Positions 14,219 to 17,212 of a stretch of DNA of 17,212 nt are shown here, piece by piece (within the stretch, counting starts at the first letter, position 1; each line of letters starts with the position of its first letter). Below the pieces are notes generated by a model that had not been told where the DNA came from, made no database searches, and worked only from the letters and a program-made list of their open reading frames with translations. The stretch is from an uncultured Candidatus Saccharibacteria bacterium (GTDB taxonomy: Bacteria > Patescibacteriota > Minisyncoccia > Minisyncoccales > JANBVM01), in NCBI GenBank assembly GCA_964638845.1, contig CAZXBN010000005.1:1-17212 (forward strand), read 5' to 3'. The translations under genes were made by a program, and so were the position numbers.

Positions 14219-16627
14219 ATGGATTTATTGCTTTTGTTTTTAATGATTATAGTTGGAATTGGGGTTGGTTTTTTAGTTTATTTATTTTTGAAAAAAAGAG
14301 AAAAAGAGTATATTTCTGAAAGCTTGAAAATGTCTCTTTTTTTAGTTTTAATGCCCAAACATGACGTTGAAGGAAAAAGAGAAAACCAAAGAAAAGAAAA
14401 AATGTTGATTGGGCAAATGGAACAAGTTTTAACTAATTTTTTAAGTTTAAGAAAACCAAACATTTTTGAAAAAATAATTTATGGTGAGCCAAGGGTTGCT
14501 TTAGAAATAGCCTCTCAAATAGGAGGAAAGGATATTTGTTTTTACGTTGCTGTCCCGCACTATATAGAGAGTTCTTTTGAAAAGTATGTTCAAGGTGTTT
14601 ATGATCGAGCTATAGTTGAAAAAGTTAATAAGGACTATACTATTTTTGAACCAGAAGGAAAAACGAGTGGTTGTTATTTAGACTTATCAAGAAGTAATTT
14701 TCTTCCAATTAGCACTTACAAAAAATTAGAAAAAGATCCTTTAGCTAGCACAACAAACGCTTTAAGTAAAATTAAAGCAAATGAAGGCGCAGCTATCCAA
14801 ATAATTATTAAGAACAGTAATCGTTCTTGGAAGGGGTTAGGTCAGTCAGTTTTAGCAGAGTTAAAAAAAGGGAAGAGTTTTAGAGATGCAACTTTCGATG
14901 TTCATAAAAGTTTTTTTGCTGAGCTTTTAGAAGAGGTATTTAAAATCTTTATTCCTTCTGGAAAAAAACCGAAAACAAAACAACAAAACAATGTTGATGA
15001 GAAGACGATTAAAGCGGTTCAAGAAAAAACCCAAAAACCAATTTTTGATGCAAATATTCGAATTTTAACATCAGCCCTTAGTCAGGCTAGATCAGATCAA
15101 ATATTGAATCATATTGAAAGTTCTTTTAGTCAATTTTCTCTTTTTGCTCCTAATAGTTTTCAAATGAGGAAGGTAGAAAATAAAAAACTTCGAAATTTAG
15201 TTTATGATTTTAGTTTTAGAAATTTTAACAAATCACAAAGAATTAATTTAAACATAGAAGAACTAACAAGTGTCTATCATTTTCCTACTTATTATCTTGA
15301 AACTCCTTACATTAAATCAATTAAGAGTACTGGTTCTGAACCCCCAATTAATCTTCCTAAGAAAGGAATTAATTTATTGGGGGAGGTTAATTTTAGAGGA
15401 GAAAAGAAGAAGGTAATGTTTGCAAATAAGGCTGATCGTAGAAGACATTCTTATTTTGTTGGACAAACTGGAACTGGTAAAAGTGGTCTTTTAAGAGAAA
15501 TGATTCGTCATGATATTGAAAATGGAGAAGGGGTTGCGGTTATTGATCCACATGGAGATTTGATTAAAGATACTTTAGCTAATATCCCTAAAGAAAGAAT
15601 GAAAGATGTTGTTTTATTTGATCCTTCTGATATAGAAAGACCAATTGGCTTAAATATGTTGGAATGGAAAATGGAAGTTCAGAAAGATTTTGCTGTTCAA
15701 GAAATGATTTCAATTTTTTACAAATTATTTTCTGCTGAAAGTATGGGGCCAATTTTTGAACATTCAATGAGGAATGCAATGTTAGCAGTAATGGCCGATA
15801 AAGATAACCCTGGTACTTTAATTGATGTTTCTAGAATTTTTAAAGATGAAGAATATTTAGATAGGCAACTTAAAAAAGTTAAAAATCCAATGGTTAGAAG
15901 ATATTGGACTAAAGAGTGGAAACAATCTGGAGCTGGAGAAAAAGCGGAAATGACAACTTATGTTGTCTCTAAGATTGGAAGGTTTATTGAGAATAATATA
16001 ATGAAAAATATAATTGGACAGAGACGAAGTGGTTTTGATTTAACTAAAATTATGGATGAAGGAAAGATATTTTTAGCTAATCTTTCAAAAGGGTCAGTTG
16101 GTGAAATGAACACTTCTTTATTGGGTTGTATCTTGGTTAGTAAGATTCAAATGGGAGTAATGAAGAGAAATAAAATTCCTGAGAAAGAAAGAAAAGATTT
16201 TTATTTATATATAGATGAGTTTCAAAACTTTACAACAGATAGTATTGCGACCATTCTTTCGGAGGCAAGAAAGTATCATTTAAACTTAATTTTAGCTCAC
16301 CAATATATTCCTCAATTAAAGGATGAAATTAGAGAAGCAGTTTTAGGAAATACCGGAACAATTGGTTCTTTAAGGGTTGGGGCTAAAGATGCTGAATTTT
16401 TAGAATCACAGTTTCAACCAAGTTTTTCTAGGTTTGATTTAGTTAATTTAAGTAATTTTAAAGCTATAATAAAAATGATGTTAAATGGTTCAGCCTCCAA
16501 ACCCTTTAAGGTCGATTTGATTGAACCAAAAGAAGGTAATTACCAGCAAATTAAGAAAATTAAGCAAATTTCAAGAATGAAATACGGAAGACCAAAATCT
16601 ATTGTAGATAAGGAAGCTTCTATATAG
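14219..16627 (+). CDS. Membrane-anchored P-loop NTPase, TraD/TraG/VirD4 coupling-protein-like (HerA/FtsK clade), with uncharacterised N-terminal domain
   Basis: 802 aa. N-terminal TM helix LLLLFLMIIVGIGVGFLVYLFL. Walker A FVGQTGTGKSG (GQTGTGKS at 15461-15484). Walker B FYLYIDEFQNF (DE at 16214-16219). This is followed by SEARKYHLNLILAHQYIPQL, the layout of TraG-D_C/T4SS coupling-protein ATPase domains. About 380 residues between the TM helix and the P-loop carry no motif I recognise. Confidence 0.8.
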   Translation: MDLLLLFLMIIVGIGVGFLVYLFLKKREKEYISESLKMSLFLVLMPKHDVEGKRENQRKEKMLIGQMEQVLTNFLSLRKPNIFEKIIYGEPRVALEIASQIGGKDICFYVAVPHYIESSFEKYVQGVYDRAIVEKVNKDYTIFEPEGKTSGCYLDLSRSNFLPISTYKKLEKDPLASTTNALSKIKANEGAAIQIIIKNSNRSWKGLGQSVLAELKKGKSFRDATFDVHKSFFAELLEEVFKIFIPSGKKPKTKQQNNVDEKTIKAVQEKTQKPIFDANIRILTSALSQARSDQILNHIESSFSQFSLFAPNSFQMRKVENKKLRNLVYDFSFRNFNKSQRINLNIEELTSVYHFPTYYLETPYIKSIKSTGSEPPINLPKKGINLLGEVNFRGEKKKVMFANKADRRRHSYFVGQTGTGKSGLLREMIRHDIENGEGVAVIDPHGDLIKDTLANIPKERMKDVVLFDPSDIERPIGLNMLEWKMEVQKDFAVQEMISIFYKLFSAESMGPIFEHSMRNAMLAVMADKDNPGTLIDVSRIFKDEEYLDRQLKKVKNPMVRRYWTKEWKQSGAGEKAEMTTYVVSKIGRFIENNIMKNIIGQRRSGFDLTKIMDEGKIFLANLSKGSVGEMNTSLLGCILVSKIQMGVMKRNKIPEKERKDFYLYIDEFQNFTTDSIATILSEARKYHLNLILAHQYIPQLKDEIREAVLGNTGTIGSLRVGAKDAEFLESQFQPSFSRFDLVNLSNFKAIIKMMLNGSASKPFKVDLIEPKEGNYQQIKKIKQISRMKYGRPKSIVDKEASI

Positions 16628-16631
16628 GACC

Positions 16632-16660
16632 TTTACATTTTTTTTGAATTTTACTATTAT
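16632..16660 (+). promoter_or_regulatory. Possible sigma70-like promoter upstream of the YbaB-like gene (TTTACA-N17-TATTAT)
   Basis: TTTACA at 16632-16637, a 17-nt spacer, and TATTAT at 16655-16660. The ATG is at 16678. Confidence 0.45.
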
Positions 16661-16677
16661 TATAAGCCCTAAAAAAT

Positions 16678-16923
16678 ATGTTTGATAAACTTAAAAAATT
16701 AGGAAAAATTAAAAAATTACAGGACGAATTTCAGAAAAAAGAATTTGAATTTGAAAAAGAAGGAGTCAAAGCTATAGTTGACGGTAAATTTGAGGTCAGG
16801 AAAATTGTTATGAATAAAGAATTAGAAAAAGGAAAACAAGAAAAAATTTTGAAGGAATGTTTGAATAAGGCTCTTCAGAAGGCAAGAAAAGAAATGAGTC
16901 AGAGTTTTTCCAAAATAGTATAA
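16678..16923 (+). CDS. YbaB/EbfC-like nucleoid-associated DNA-binding protein (short form)
   Basis: 81 aa. LQDEFQKKEFEFEKEGVKAIVDGKFEVRKIVMNKEL...EKILKECLNKALQKARKE follows the YbaB layout: helix, G-x-V-K-V-x-x-x-G-x-x-E-V strand pair, then an L-E-x-x-I-x-x-A-x-N-x-A helix. Confidence 0.6.
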   Translation: MFDKLKKLGKIKKLQDEFQKKEFEFEKEGVKAIVDGKFEVRKIVMNKELEKGKQEKILKECLNKALQKARKEMSQSFSKIV

Positions 16924-16936
16924 AATTAAATAAATT

Positions 16937-17212
16937 ATGAAAAAAGTTAAAAAATTTGGTGACAAAAGAATAAGGATAAGATTTTTAAATCAAGAAGATG
17001 CTGAAAAAGCTTCTAAGATTAATAGGTTTGCTAATGAATTAGCAAAAGATGAAACAGCTTTTATTTCTAATGATATTGAAAAAGTTTTAGAAACAGAAGA
17101 TCATCAAGTTAATAGAAGATTGGAAGAAATAGAAAAAAATGAATCGGTTGTTCTTTTAGCTGAAAACGATAAGAATCACAGAATTATTGGAAGGGCTTCA
17201 ATTACTCCTAAA
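16937..17212 (+). CDS. N-terminal fragment of a probable GNAT-family acetyltransferase (3' end outside window)
   Basis: From ATG 16937 the frame stays open to the window end (92 codons). MKKVKKFGDKRIRIRFLNQEDAEKASKINRFANELAKDE...VVLLAENDKNHRIIGRASI resembles a GNAT N-terminus (IRIR-x-x-x-x-x-D followed by the beta4 I-I-G region). Confidence 0.45.
   Translation, partial: MKKVKKFGDKRIRIRFLNQEDAEKASKINRFANELAKDETAFISNDIEKVLETEDHQVNRRLEEIEKNESVVLLAENDKNHRIIGRASITPK

Noticed and set aside
14278-15779. Antisense ORFs inside the 802-aa ATPase gene (14278-14463 and 15588-15779, minus strand)
   Set aside because: Same reasoning: short, low-complexity, and opposite a long ORF that carries intact Walker motifs.
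1-17212. Alternative genetic code (UGA read as an amino acid, as in some candidate phyla)
   Set aside because: All conserved proteins (DnaK, DnaJ, PyrG, UppS, L9) are full length under the standard code. TGA serves as the stop of dnaK (7603-7605) and of the 496-aa glycosyltransferase (1961-1963) at the expected protein ends.
1-17212. CRISPR arrays, insertion sequences, toxin-antitoxin pairs or known defence-system genes
   Set aside because: I saw no spaced direct repeats, no terminal inverted repeats flanking a transposase-like ORF, and no nuclease, methylase, helicase or other signature typical of known defence systems. The only repeats are short in-frame coding repeats.

Overview
AT-rich, very compact bacterial chromosomal segment. 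Under my gene model only 344 of 17212 nt (about 2%) are non-coding, and many starts and stops overlap. Gene content, small protein sizes and Lys/Glu-rich tails fit a reduced-genome Patescibacteria/CPR-type organism; that is an inference, as no marker rRNA is present. Standard genetic code applies.

Order of features:
- 3' end of an FtsQ-like gene (+).
- Two tandem GT-C (PMT_2/ArnT-like) membrane glycosyltransferases (-).
- A 91-nt divergent control region holding a CIRCE operator and a sigma70-like promoter.
- An uninterrupted + strand run: hrcA, grpE, DUF3467, hsp20, a strong hairpin, dnaK, dnaJ, tRNA-Lys(UUU), S41 C-terminal processing peptidase, rplI, pyrG.
- The + strand run continues with a possible small membrane ORF, a geranylgeranyl-reductase-family flavoprotein, uppS, a 128-aa coiled-coil protein, an 802-aa membrane TraD/VirD4-like P-loop ATPase, a YbaB-like protein, and the 5' end of a GNAT-like gene.

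No CRISPR array, IS element, integrase or prophage gene was seen.

Best candidates for undescribed biology:
1. The two-gene module at 13831-16627: an orphan coupling-protein-like ATPase with a large unrecognised N-terminal domain plus a coupled small protein, with no other type IV secretion parts nearby.
2. The remodelled HrcA/CIRCE heat-shock operon carrying a DUF3467 gene, hsp20, an internal hairpin and an embedded tRNA.
3. The reductase-uppS pair, which may supply modified polyprenyl carriers to the GT-C enzymes.

All family calls rest on motifs read by eye; no database search was run.
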